Shown here piece by piece: positions 19,740-28,526 of a stretch of DNA of 64,000 nucleotides (within the stretch, counting starts at the first letter, position 1; each line of letters opens with the position of its first letter). The stretch covers positions 386,907 to 450,906 of the forward strand of contig CAVOXZ010000011.1 of NCBI GenBank assembly GCA_963700555.1, in the 5' to 3' direction. The stretch comes from an uncultured Chloroflexia bacterium (GTDB lineage Bacteria > Chloroflexota > Limnocylindria > Limnocylindrales > CSP1-4). The translations under genes were made by a program, and so were the position numbers. The notes under the pieces are model-generated. The model saw only the letters and a program-made list of their open reading frames with translations. It searched no databases and was not told where the DNA came from.

Positions 19740-20390
19740 CTATCGGGCAGGCTCGAGGCGCCAGTAGTACACGGCGCCGCCGCCGGCGAAGGTGACCTCG
19801 ACCTTGAGCGTCCACGGTCCCGGTCCGGCCGGGCCGGCGAACGCGATCGGGCCGGCTGTGCCCTGCTCATACCCCGCGACCGGACCGGGCCGGTCGTTGC
19901 GGATCGCCGCCCAGGCGGCAGTCCAAGTGCCGACGGAGATCTCGGGCTCGAACGACAGCGTCCAGGGACCCGCGCCGGCTGCGGCCCGGCTGGCCTGGAC
20001 CACGATCCACGGGGAATCGGAGCCGCCGTCTCCCCACGTGTAGCTGCCCAACGCCCCGGGGACCGAGGCGTCGCCTGCGTCCGCCAGCAGCGCCCGCGGG
20101 GGGCTCGCCGGCAGGTCGGTCTCCTGGGCGGGGGCGGTCGCCGAAGGCAATCCCGCCGGCGAGCGCCCCGGCGTGGCCGGCGGGGTCACCGGCGCGGATG
20201 CGGGAGCCGTCGTTCCCGCCGCCGACCCCTCCGGGGAGGCTGCCGGCGACGTGGGTGCGGCGGCGCCCGATGTGCAGCCGGCCGCAAGCACGGCCCCCAG
20301 CGCGGCGGCGACGACCAGCCCGGCTGCGGGCCGGTGGATGCGATGTCGAGCAAACGGCCGGAGTGACATCAGGGACCTCTCGTGGGACAT
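19740..20390 (-). CDS. Hypothetical lipoprotein
   Basis: Signal peptide with lipobox LAAGC, a Pro/Ala/Thr linker and a C-terminal domain of about 110 aa. Last gene of a three-gene minus-strand operon. Confidence 0.6.
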   Translation of the reverse strand: MSHERSLMSLRPFARHRIHRPAAGLVVAAALGAVLAAGCTSGAAAPTSPAASPEGSAAGTTAPASAPVTPPATPGRSPAGLPSATAPAQETDLPASPPRALLADAGDASVPGALGSYTWGDGGSDSPWIVVQASRAAAGAGPWTLSFEPEISVGTWTAAWAAIRNDRPGPVAGYEQGTAGPIAFAGPAGPGPWTLKVEVTFAGGGAVYYWRLEPAR

Positions 20391-20402
20391 GCCGTGGACA
20401 GA

Positions 20403-21410
20403 TCAGCGGGCCTCGACGGACATCGGGCAGATGCCGCTGGGACAGGGTGAGACGGTGATCGTGAGCGGGATCGACGAGGAGCCGCGCAGCCCCTCGTTCG
20501 ACGGCCGGCGGAAGGTCGCGCGGACGTCCGTGGGTGACATCAGGTACAGGCTCGCGGTGTAGGTGCCGGCCGACCCCGGGGCCATGGTGAGGGCGTCGGT
20601 CCAGCCCGACGACGTCCGCCGCTGGAGCACCACCACCCGCCCGGACACCAGGTTGTTCGACAGCTTCCCGGTTCCCGCGCTGCGCACGGTGGCCGTGAAC
20701 GAGACCCAGCCGGCTCCGGGCATCCAGGTGGCCGACGCCTCGATTGCTGTCCCGCTCGGCACGTCGAGGCAGGTGCTATAGAGCGTGCTCGCGGTCTGCA
20801 CGTCGTAGACCTGCTGGAGGGTCGCCACGTCGCAGCGCCCGAAGGCGTGGGCGTCGTAGAAGGCCTCGGGCTTGACGCGCGAGTACGTCTGGACCACGGC
20901 GTCGCCGTAGTCCGAGTCGTCGGGCAGGTTCACGTGATGGTCCAGCCCGAGGACGTGGCCAAGCTCGTCGAGAGTGATGTTCTCGGCGTCATAGCAGCCC
21001 TTGGGCCGGCCGGTCGCCTCGCACCAGCGCAGGGTTCCCCAGTCGAACCGGTGGCCGTTCTCGCGCAGGTAGACCGCGAACCAGGTTGGAGCGTCGCGAC
21101 GGAAGCAGGCGAGGCCGTTCTCGCCGCACGGTGCGCTGGTGCCGTACGTGATCGTCGAGCTGGCGCTGCTCGAGTAGGCGAAGGTCGGGGCCTTGCTCTG
21201 GTGGGTCGTGTTGGCATCCTCGATCGCATCCTTGATGGCTGTCTTGATGGCGCTTGGCGGCGCGCCGCCCGCGCCCCACCGGTAGGTGAGCACCTGGTTC
21301 TGGTCGAAGGGGTTGCCCATGAACGGGTCGGGCGTGGCAGCCACGGCGACCGGGACGATGACCGCCGAGACGGCCAGGGCGAGGCTGATGGTGCGGACAA
21401 GGTCCTTCAT
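20403..21410 (-). CDS. Secreted metzincin-like zinc metalloprotease homologue (variant DELGHVLGLDHH motif)
   Basis: ATG at 21410 (MKDLVRTISLALAVSAVIV signal peptide). The HExxHxxGxxH-type block has its first His replaced by Asp. Ten Cys after the signal peptide. ATGA overlap with the upstream gene. Confidence 0.65.
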   Translation of the reverse strand: MKDLVRTISLALAVSAVIVPVAVAATPDPFMGNPFDQNQVLTYRWGAGGAPPSAIKTAIKDAIEDANTTHQSKAPTFAYSSSASSTITYGTSAPCGENGLACFRRDAPTWFAVYLRENGHRFDWGTLRWCEATGRPKGCYDAENITLDELGHVLGLDHHVNLPDDSDYGDAVVQTYSRVKPEAFYDAHAFGRCDVATLQQVYDVQTASTLYSTCLDVPSGTAIEASATWMPGAGWVSFTATVRSAGTGKLSNNLVSGRVVVLQRRTSSGWTDALTMAPGSAGTYTASLYLMSPTDVRATFRRPSNEGLRGSSSIPLTITVSPCPSGICPMSVEAR

Positions 21411-22477
21411 CGTGCGGCTCCGGATTGCGGGCGGGAGGGCAGGCCGTCCAGGTCGAGCAGGCGGATGCCCCTGCCCCCGGGCCAGTCGCGTGGGACGAGG
21501 GCCATCGTGCCCGGCCGTCCCTCGGCGCCCGCGGTCGCTGTCGATCCCCGCACGAGCGGCACGCCGGGCCCGGCCGTCGTGGTCAGGCCGGCTCCGGTGA
21601 GCTCGACGACCGCGACCTGGTCCCCGGCCGTCTCGACGACGAGCCGGTCCCCGGCCCGCCCACCGATGGCGGCGGCGTAGGCCTGGGCGGCGAGGATCGC
21701 CCGGTGGCCGGACGCGAGATCCACGGACACGACCGGGCAGGGCAGCCCGCGGCAGGCCTCTCGGGCGATCAGCGTCTCCCCGATGGTTCCGAGGCCGGCT
21801 CCGACCTCGCGCACGAGCGTCACGGCGCCGCTGGCCGGGTCCAGGACGCGGACGCGACAGCCGGCCGGAGCGCACGAGGACACCGTGAGTCGTCCATCCG
21901 CGGCCAGCACCAGCGCGGTGGTGAACGTCGGCCCCAGTCGCCGGTCCGGCGCCAGTCCGGCCAGGACGCGAACCGCACCTCCATCGAGCGATCGGCGCCA
22001 GACGCCGAGGTCCTCGCGCGTCATGCGATCGACGCGGTGCTCGTAGAGCGTCTGCCCGTCCGCGGCCAGGATCGCGCTCCGGATCACATCGGCCTCATCG
22101 GCGACGGCCGTCGCGCAGCCACGAGCGACGTCCACCAGCCGCAGGTGGGACGCCGTGCCATCGTCCTCGCCGGTCAGCACGATGCCGTTCACCGGCCCCG
22201 AGGCGAACGACTCCGGCGCCAGGTCCAGTGACCGACCCGCTGCCTCCTCCAGACCGATCGTGAGCGTCCGACCCGCCAGCGTCCCTGTCCGGTCCAGCGT
22301 GGGATCCAGCCGGTACCAGGTCGTCCGGCCGGGCGGCACGCCGGCTTCCGCCGGACAGGGCGGCGGCTCCCACGCGGGTTCCGCCGCAATCGGGCCCGTG
22401 ATCCTCACAGTCCCAGGCGAGCCCGCGGCAACCGCGACCAGGAGCGGCAAGAGGGCCGGCCATCGCGCGATCTCCAT
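21407..22477 (-). CDS. Secreted hypothetical protein
   Basis: 356 aa with an N-terminal signal-like helix. First gene of the operon. No family recognised. Confidence 0.55.
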   Translation of the reverse strand: MEIARWPALLPLLVAVAAGSPGTVRITGPIAAEPAWEPPPCPAEAGVPPGRTTWYRLDPTLDRTGTLAGRTLTIGLEEAAGRSLDLAPESFASGPVNGIVLTGEDDGTASHLRLVDVARGCATAVADEADVIRSAILAADGQTLYEHRVDRMTREDLGVWRRSLDGGAVRVLAGLAPDRRLGPTFTTALVLAADGRLTVSSCAPAGCRVRVLDPASGAVTLVREVGAGLGTIGETLIAREACRGLPCPVVSVDLASGHRAILAAQAYAAAIGGRAGDRLVVETAGDQVAVVELTGAGLTTTAGPGVPLVRGSTATAGAEGRPGTMALVPRDWPGGRGIRLLDLDGLPSRPQSGAAR

Positions 22478-22589
22478 TGCTGATACCTCCTCCGGCGGGT
22501 GACTGGTGGGCGGGAGGAGGGCGAGGTGGCCATCTTCGCGGTGACCAATTACCTGCCACTTATGCGGGGGCCGGGTGGTACGCTCCGCG

Positions 22590-22716
22590 GGTCAACGGGA
22601 CCTGCGTGTCCCTGCACATCCGACGCGGTCTGGTCGCGAAGCCGGTGCGATTCCGGCACAGTCCCGCTACGGTGACCGCCCCTTTGGGGCGGAAGTCCGG
22701 TCGCCGACCTGCCGTC
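22590..22716 (+). promoter_or_regulatory. Cobalamin (B12) riboswitch
   Basis: Core GAAGCCGGUGCGAUUCCGGCACAGUCCCGCUACGGUGA and B12 box AGUCCGGUCGCCGACCUGCC at 22693-22713. It sits upstream of a btuF-like gene. Confidence 0.8.
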
Positions 22717-22835
22717 GCCGCTCGAGCCTTCGAGAGAAAGGTCAGGCGCATCGTGCGATCCACCGCCTGACCCCCGCTTCGATCCAGAAGCGAGGGTCTT
22801 CCGTTTTCAGCCCCAACCCCAATCGGAGTTTCCGC

Positions 22836-23885
22836 GTGGCCGCACGTCCTTCCCGTTCCATCCCCGCCCTGGCCGGCATCCTGCTGGCTGCCATCCTCGC
22901 CGCCTGCTCGGCGACGCCCGCCGGATCGCCCAGCGGAGAGCCCTCCGCCCAGGTCCCGTCCGTCGTCCCTGCCGCAACCGAGGCGCCGACCGCAGCTCCC
23001 ACCGAGGCCCCCGCCTTTCCCGTCGAGCTGACCGACGACGAGGGCACGGTGGTCGCGATCCCGGCGGAGCCGACGAGGATCGTCACCCTGACGCCCGCCG
23101 TGACCGAGACCGTGTTCGCGCTGGGGGCCGGCGACCGCATCGTCGGCAAGAGCGAGGACATCCTGCTCTACCCGCCCGAGGCGGCCACGATCCCCGACGT
23201 CGAGAAGTTCGACGGCTCGGCGATCGTCGTCGACATCGAGCAGATCGTGGCCGCAAAGGCCGACCTGGTGATCGCCGGTGGCAACTTCGGCACCCCCCCC
23301 GACGCCGTGCAGAAGCTGCGCGACCTGGGCATCCCGGTCCTCGTCGTGTATGCCCCGGACGTCGCCACCGTGTTCACGGACATCGAGCTGATCGGCCGGG
23401 CGATCGGCACGCCCGATGAAGCAGCGGTGATCGTCGACCGGATGCGCACCGAGTTCGCCGCCGTGGCCTCAGCCGTCGCCGGCGCCCCGACGCCGCGCGT
23501 GTTCTACGAGATCGACGCGACCGGCGCCTTCTACGGCCCCGCCGACGAGTCGTTCCTCGCCGAGATGATCTCGCTCGCGGGCGGCGACCCGGTCACAACC
23601 GGCTCCCCGGACAAGTACGACATCCCCGCGGAGCGGCTGCTCGAGGCGAACCCGGAGGTGATCCTGCTGGGCGACGCCGCGTACGGCGTGACCGCGGCCG
23701 ATGTCGCCGCTCGCCCGGGGTGGGACACGATGACCGCCGTCAAGGACGGAGCGATCCGCCCGATCGACGACTCGACCATCACCCGGCCGGGTCCGAGGCT
23801 GTTCCTCGGCCTCCAGCTGCTGGCCTCGACGATCCACCCGGATCTCGAGATCCCTGCCTCCAGCCCGATCCCGCCGGCCCCGTGA
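22836..23885 (+). CDS. Cobalamin/siderophore-type ABC transporter substrate-binding lipoprotein (BtuF-like)
   Basis: GTG at 22836 with a GGAG 7 nt upstream. Lipobox LAAC. PBP type 8 pattern (IVTLTPAVTETVFALGAGDRIVG). Confidence 0.82.
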   Translation: MAARPSRSIPALAGILLAAILAACSATPAGSPSGEPSAQVPSVVPAATEAPTAAPTEAPAFPVELTDDEGTVVAIPAEPTRIVTLTPAVTETVFALGAGDRIVGKSEDILLYPPEAATIPDVEKFDGSAIVVDIEQIVAAKADLVIAGGNFGTPPDAVQKLRDLGIPVLVVYAPDVATVFTDIELIGRAIGTPDEAAVIVDRMRTEFAAVASAVAGAPTPRVFYEIDATGAFYGPADESFLAEMISLAGGDPVTTGSPDKYDIPAERLLEANPEVILLGDAAYGVTAADVAARPGWDTMTAVKDGAIRPIDDSTITRPGPRLFLGLQLLASTIHPDLEIPASSPIPPAP

Positions 23886-24961
23886 CCTCGTCCGCGACCA
23901 CGGTCGGCGACACGGGGGCACGGCTCGTTGCCGCGTCGCGCACGCGCGACCGGCGGACCGTGCTGATCGTGGGCGGGCTCGTGGTCGCGGCGATCGGCGC
24001 TGTCCTGGGCATCGGCCTGGGCAGCGTCGCGGTCCCGGTGGGGGACACCGTCACGATCGTCCTGGATCGGCTCCTGGGCACCCGCCTCTCGAGCGCCGAC
24101 GCGGCGCTGGCCGCCATCGTCTGGGACCTCCGCGTGCCGCGGGTGCTGACCGCGATGGTCGTGGGCGCGGGCCTCGCCGTCGCGGGCGCCACGTTCCAGG
24201 GCCTGCTGCGGAACCCGCTGGCCGATCCCTACGTGCTGGGCACGGCGTCGGGCGCCGCCCTCGGGGCGGCGCTCGCCCTGCTGATCCCGGTCCGGACGCT
24301 CCTGCTGGGCTTCGGCCTCGTGCAGGTGTTCGCCTTCGTGGGGGCCCTCGCCGCGATCACCACCGTGTACAAGCTGTCGCGGGTCAGCGGCCTCGCGCCG
24401 CTGACCAGCCTGCTGCTCACCGGCTACGCGGTGGCGTCGCTCCTGGCGGCCGGGCTCGCGATGGCGATGTACGTCTCGGGCGCGGCGCTCCGCCAGATCT
24501 TCAACTACCTCCTCGGCAGCTTCCAGATGGCCTCGTGGGAGCGCCTGCTGGGGGCCCTGCCGATCGTCGTCCTGGGGACCATCCTGATCCTCTCCCGGGC
24601 GAAGTCCCTCAACGGCCTGCTGTTGGGAGAGGAGCCGGCCAGCAGCCTCGGTATCAACGTCGGGCGGGAGCGGGCGCTGCTCCTCGCGCTCGCCTCGCTG
24701 GTCACCGCGGCCGCCGTCACTGTGAGCGGGCTGATCGGGTTCGTGGGCCTCGTCGTGCCCCACGTCGTGCGCCTGCTCACGGGTCCCAATGCGCGCTCGG
24801 TGATCCCGATCGCGGCGATCTGGGGCGCGAACCTGCTGGTGTTCGCCGACCTCGCCGCGCGGGTCCTGGGCGACATCCCGGTCGGTGTCGTGACCGCCGT
24901 CATCGGGGCTCCATTCTTCCTCGCGCTGTTGCGCCGGGCGCGCACCGGGTACGAGCTGTGA
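23882..24961 (+). CDS. FecCD-family ABC transporter permease (BtuC-like)
   Basis: About 10 TM helices. FecCD motifs (RNPLADPYVLGTASGAALG, VGVVTAVIGAPFFL). GTGA overlap. Confidence 0.9.
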   Translation: MTSSATTVGDTGARLVAASRTRDRRTVLIVGGLVVAAIGAVLGIGLGSVAVPVGDTVTIVLDRLLGTRLSSADAALAAIVWDLRVPRVLTAMVVGAGLAVAGATFQGLLRNPLADPYVLGTASGAALGAALALLIPVRTLLLGFGLVQVFAFVGALAAITTVYKLSRVSGLAPLTSLLLTGYAVASLLAAGLAMAMYVSGAALRQIFNYLLGSFQMASWERLLGALPIVVLGTILILSRAKSLNGLLLGEEPASSLGINVGRERALLLALASLVTAAAVTVSGLIGFVGLVVPHVVRLLTGPNARSVIPIAAIWGANLLVFADLAARVLGDIPVGVVTAVIGAPFFLALLRRARTGYEL

Positions 24962-25725
24962 CCGGGGCGGCACTCTGGGTCGACGGCGTCACGGTCGTGG
25001 CGCGCGAGCGGGCCATCCTGTCCGACGTCTCCTTCCGCCTGGATCACGGCGAGCGGGTCGCCCTCATCGGGCCCAACGGCGCGGGCAAGTCCACCCTCCT
25101 CCGCGTGCTGGCGGGCGTCCTGCGGCCGGCCGCCGGCCGCGTGGAGCTCGACGGGGTGCCGATCGCGGGGCTGGACCGTTCCGCCGTCGCCCGGCGCCTC
25201 GCCGTGGTCCCGCAGCAGACGGCGCTGCCGTTCTCGATGCGGGTCGAGGAGGTCGTGGCCCTCGGGCGCCTTCCGCACGAATCCGCGCTGCGTGGCGCGG
25301 GTCCGGCGGATCGGGCGGCCGTCGCGGCCGCGATCGACCGCGTGGGCCTTGGGCACCTCCTCGGCCGCGACGCCCGAGAGCTGTCGCTGGGTGAGCGACA
25401 GCTGGTCCTGCTCGCCCTCGCCGTTGCCCAGGAGGCGCCGGTGCTGCTGCTCGACGAGCCGACGGTGCACCTGGACCTGCGACACCAGGTGGAGGCGATG
25501 GAGCTCCTGTGCGACCTCAACGAGCGCGATGGCACGGCGCTGGTGGCCGTCCTGCATGACCTTGGCCTCGCCGCGCACTTCTTCCCGCGCCTGGTGATCA
25601 TCGAGCACGGGCGGATCGTGGCCGACGGCCCGCCTGACGAGGTCCTGACCGACGACCGGATCCGCGACACGTTCGGGGTCGCGCCGGGGCTGGTGCGGCT
25701 GGCGGCGGGGGTCAACGGCGGCTGA
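24958..25725 (+). CDS. ABC transporter ATPase (BtuD/FepC-like)
   Basis: Walker A GPNGAGKST, signature LSLGERQ, Walker B LLLDEP. GTGA overlap. Confidence 0.9.
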   Translation: MTGAALWVDGVTVVARERAILSDVSFRLDHGERVALIGPNGAGKSTLLRVLAGVLRPAAGRVELDGVPIAGLDRSAVARRLAVVPQQTALPFSMRVEEVVALGRLPHESALRGAGPADRAAVAAAIDRVGLGHLLGRDARELSLGERQLVLLALAVAQEAPVLLLDEPTVHLDLRHQVEAMELLCDLNERDGTALVAVLHDLGLAAHFFPRLVIIEHGRIVADGPPDEVLTDDRIRDTFGVAPGLVRLAAGVNGG

Positions 25726-25775
25726 CCTCGGGTTGCCACTACGCACCATGAGCGCCGTCCCGGTACCCTGACCCG

Positions 25776-26489
25776 GTGCTCCGGCTCCGAGCTGCGGTCC
25801 TTGGTCTCGTGCTCACGCTGCTGTTCGCTGCGTGCGGCGCTGTGGCGCCCTCCTCGGGTGCCACGTCGGGACCGGTTGCGACGCCCGGCGCGACGCCGGC
25901 GCCGGGCGACTCCGCCTCTCCGCTGGACACGGCACCGCCCGCCGAGAGCGGGGCGCCGGCCGCCACCGACGACGGAACCCCGATCGACTCGCCCGCCACG
26001 ACGGACGAGCCAACGCCGACCGAGATCCCCAGCGACCCGCTCGAGACCACTGAACCCACCCCCGCCCCCGGGACCGCCGACGCCTGCTCCGGCACGGACG
26101 AGAACCGGGCCTTCTTCGAGGAGTTCGCCACCAAGGTCGAGTGGGCGGTCCTCTGCGGTGTGCTGCCCAGGGGCTGGTTCGTGTCCCAGGGCAACTACCG
26201 GCTGGCGAATGGCGGCAGGCTCTTGATGTCGTACAAGGGCCCTGGCGGTTCCACGCTCGGACTGTCCGAGGGTGCCTGGTGCGCCGTGGGGGACGGATGC
26301 GTCCCGGCGGGCTCGACGCTTGGCGGCGCGCCGCTTGGGCCGCTCGCAGGCACCCTGTACCAGACCGCCGATGGCTTCGCCATCCATGTCGCCCCGGGCG
26401 AGAACCCCTCCTGGCTGATGACCACGACGGGCCTGGACCAGGCGACCACGCTCGCGCTGGCGGCGAAGGTCGCCGAAGTCGGCGGCTAG
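25776..26489 (+). CDS. Hypothetical lipoprotein
   Basis: Lipobox LFAAC, a long Pro/Thr/Ala linker and a Cys-containing C-terminal domain. Confidence 0.55.
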   Translation: MLRLRAAVLGLVLTLLFAACGAVAPSSGATSGPVATPGATPAPGDSASPLDTAPPAESGAPAATDDGTPIDSPATTDEPTPTEIPSDPLETTEPTPAPGTADACSGTDENRAFFEEFATKVEWAVLCGVLPRGWFVSQGNYRLANGGRLLMSYKGPGGSTLGLSEGAWCAVGDGCVPAGSTLGGAPLGPLAGTLYQTADGFAIHVAPGENPSWLMTTTGLDQATTLALAAKVAEVGG

Positions 26490-26527
26490 GGGTTCAATGG
26501 CGCCCGCGGCGGGCGCACAATGACGGC

Positions 26528-27658
26528 ATGCAGATCGCGGACTTCGAGCTCGAGCGCTTCTTCGCCCGGTACGAGTTTGCCGTGCGCCACCTCCTCTGCG
26601 CCTCGGACGTGGAGGGCTGGCCGATGGGGGACCTGCTGGCCCTCGCCGATGCCGAGACCGCGGCCATGTGGCGGGATCTCCGCCTGGGCTACTCGGAGGC
26701 GCCCGGCCACCCGCTGCTCCGTGCCGAGATCGCCACCCTGTACGAGTCCATCACGCCCGACGAGGTGCTGGTCTTCAGCGGCGCCGAGGAGGCGATCTTC
26801 GTCACGGCCAACGTGGTGCTCCGGCCGGGCGACCACGCCATCGTGGCCTGGCCCGCGTACCAGAGCCTGCACGAGGTCGCCCGCGCCGTCGGCGCGGACG
26901 TGACGCTGCACGAGCTTCGGGCGGAGAACGACTGGGCCGTCGACCTCGACCGGCTCCGCGAGCAGGTGACGCCGCGAACCCGCCTGATCGTCCTCAACGT
27001 GCCCAACAACCCGACCGGGTCGATCCCGGATCCGGCCACCTATCGGGCCATCGCGGACATCGCCGCGGATGCCGGCGCCACGCTGCTGGTCGACGAGGTG
27101 TACCGGTTCCTGGAACATGATGGCCTGGCCCTGCTCCCGGCCGGCGCGGATGTCGGCCCGCACGGCGTGAGTCTCGGCGTGATGTCCAAGTCGTTCGCGC
27201 TCGCGGGCCTGCGGATCGGCTGGCTTGCCACGCACGACGCGGGCCTCCTGGATCGCGCGACGCGGTTCAAGGACTACACGACCATCTGCGCGTCGGCACC
27301 CGCGGAGATCCTGGCGCTGATCGCCCTGCGAGCGCGGGATCGGGTGCTCGCGCGGTCGCGGGGGATCGTGGATACGAACCTCGCCCTGCTCGATGCGTTC
27401 TTCGGCCGCCACGCCGACAGGATCGGATGGGTGCGCCCCAGCGGTGGCCCCGTCGGCTTCCCGGAGCTGCGGACCGGCATCCCGGTCGACCGCTTCGCAC
27501 AGGATCTGCTCGAGACGGAGGGCGTCCTGGTCGCGCCGGGCTCCATCTTCGGTCACCCCGGCCACCACTTCCGGCTCGGCTTCGGGCGCACCGACATGCC
27601 GGTGGCGCTCGCGGGGCTCGAGCGCTTCCTCGAACGCGGCACAGGAGCCGTTCGCTGA
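26528..27658 (+). CDS. PLP-dependent aminotransferase, class I/II fold
   Basis: NNPTG motif and the PLP-Lys context SKSFALAGLRIGW. 376 aa. Confidence 0.82.
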   Translation: MQIADFELERFFARYEFAVRHLLCASDVEGWPMGDLLALADAETAAMWRDLRLGYSEAPGHPLLRAEIATLYESITPDEVLVFSGAEEAIFVTANVVLRPGDHAIVAWPAYQSLHEVARAVGADVTLHELRAENDWAVDLDRLREQVTPRTRLIVLNVPNNPTGSIPDPATYRAIADIAADAGATLLVDEVYRFLEHDGLALLPAGADVGPHGVSLGVMSKSFALAGLRIGWLATHDAGLLDRATRFKDYTTICASAPAEILALIALRARDRVLARSRGIVDTNLALLDAFFGRHADRIGWVRPSGGPVGFPELRTGIPVDRFAQDLLETEGVLVAPGSIFGHPGHHFRLGFGRTDMPVALAGLERFLERGTGAVR

Positions 27659-27780
27659 CCACGCAGCTGATCGGCCCGCGACCCGGGGACCACCGGCCCC
27701 CCGAACGGGACGTTCCGGCACTCCGCACCCGGCGGCCGGGAGGGCATCCTCCCGGAGCGCCCACTGCACGGAGTCATGAC

Positions 27781-28485
27781 ATGCGTTCTCGCGCGCCACG
27801 CCGCGCCATCCGCCGCCTTGCCCTGGCCCTCGTCCCGGCCCTCCTACTGCTGCCGGCCATCGCCTCCTGCGGAGCCACCCCCGAGGTCCCGGAGACCAGC
27901 GACACGATCGTGGGGACCGGGGACGTGGTCACCGAGTTCCGCGACCTTGCGCCGTTCACCCGTGTCAGCGTCGGCGCCGGGCTCAAGGTGGTCATCGGCG
28001 AGGCCGCCGAGCAGGAGGTGAAGCTCGGGGCGCAGCAGAACCTGCTGCCGATCATCCGGACGGAGGTCGTCGAGGGCCAGCTGATCGTCACCATCCCCTC
28101 TCCGGGCGTGACCGCGACGCAGCCGATGACCCTCACGCTGCGCATGACGCAGGTCGAGTCCGTCGCCCTCTCCGCCGGGTCCGTGGGCTATGTCGAGCAC
28201 ACCGGGGGCGGCATCAACCTCGATGTCTCGGGCGGCGCGGAGGTCACCGCGATCGGCGACACCACCGACCTGACGCTGACGGCATCCACCGGCTCGCACG
28301 CCAGGCTCGACGAGCTGGTCGCCCAGAACGCGGAGATCGTCGTGAACGACGGGTCTTCGGCGGAGCTCAACGTCGTCGTCTCCCTGACCGGCACCGCGGA
28401 TGGTGGCGCGACCGTGGTGCTGACGCACAAGCCGGCGCAGGTCAGCGTGACAACCAGCTCCGGGGCCACGATCCAGGGCGGATAG
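27781..28485 (+). CDS. DUF2807-like (GIN-domain) lipoprotein
   Basis: Lipobox IASC, followed by repetitive beta-strand units typical of head-domain-of-trimeric-autotransporter-like DUF2807 proteins. Confidence 0.6.
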   Translation: MRSRAPRRAIRRLALALVPALLLLPAIASCGATPEVPETSDTIVGTGDVVTEFRDLAPFTRVSVGAGLKVVIGEAAEQEVKLGAQQNLLPIIRTEVVEGQLIVTIPSPGVTATQPMTLTLRMTQVESVALSAGSVGYVEHTGGGINLDVSGGAEVTAIGDTTDLTLTASTGSHARLDELVAQNAEIVVNDGSSAELNVVVSLTGTADGGATVVLTHKPAQVSVTTSSGATIQGG

Positions 28486-28526
28486 GGCCAGCCCGGCCGA
28501 TCGGGTCGCCGGAGCCCGGGGGGCGA

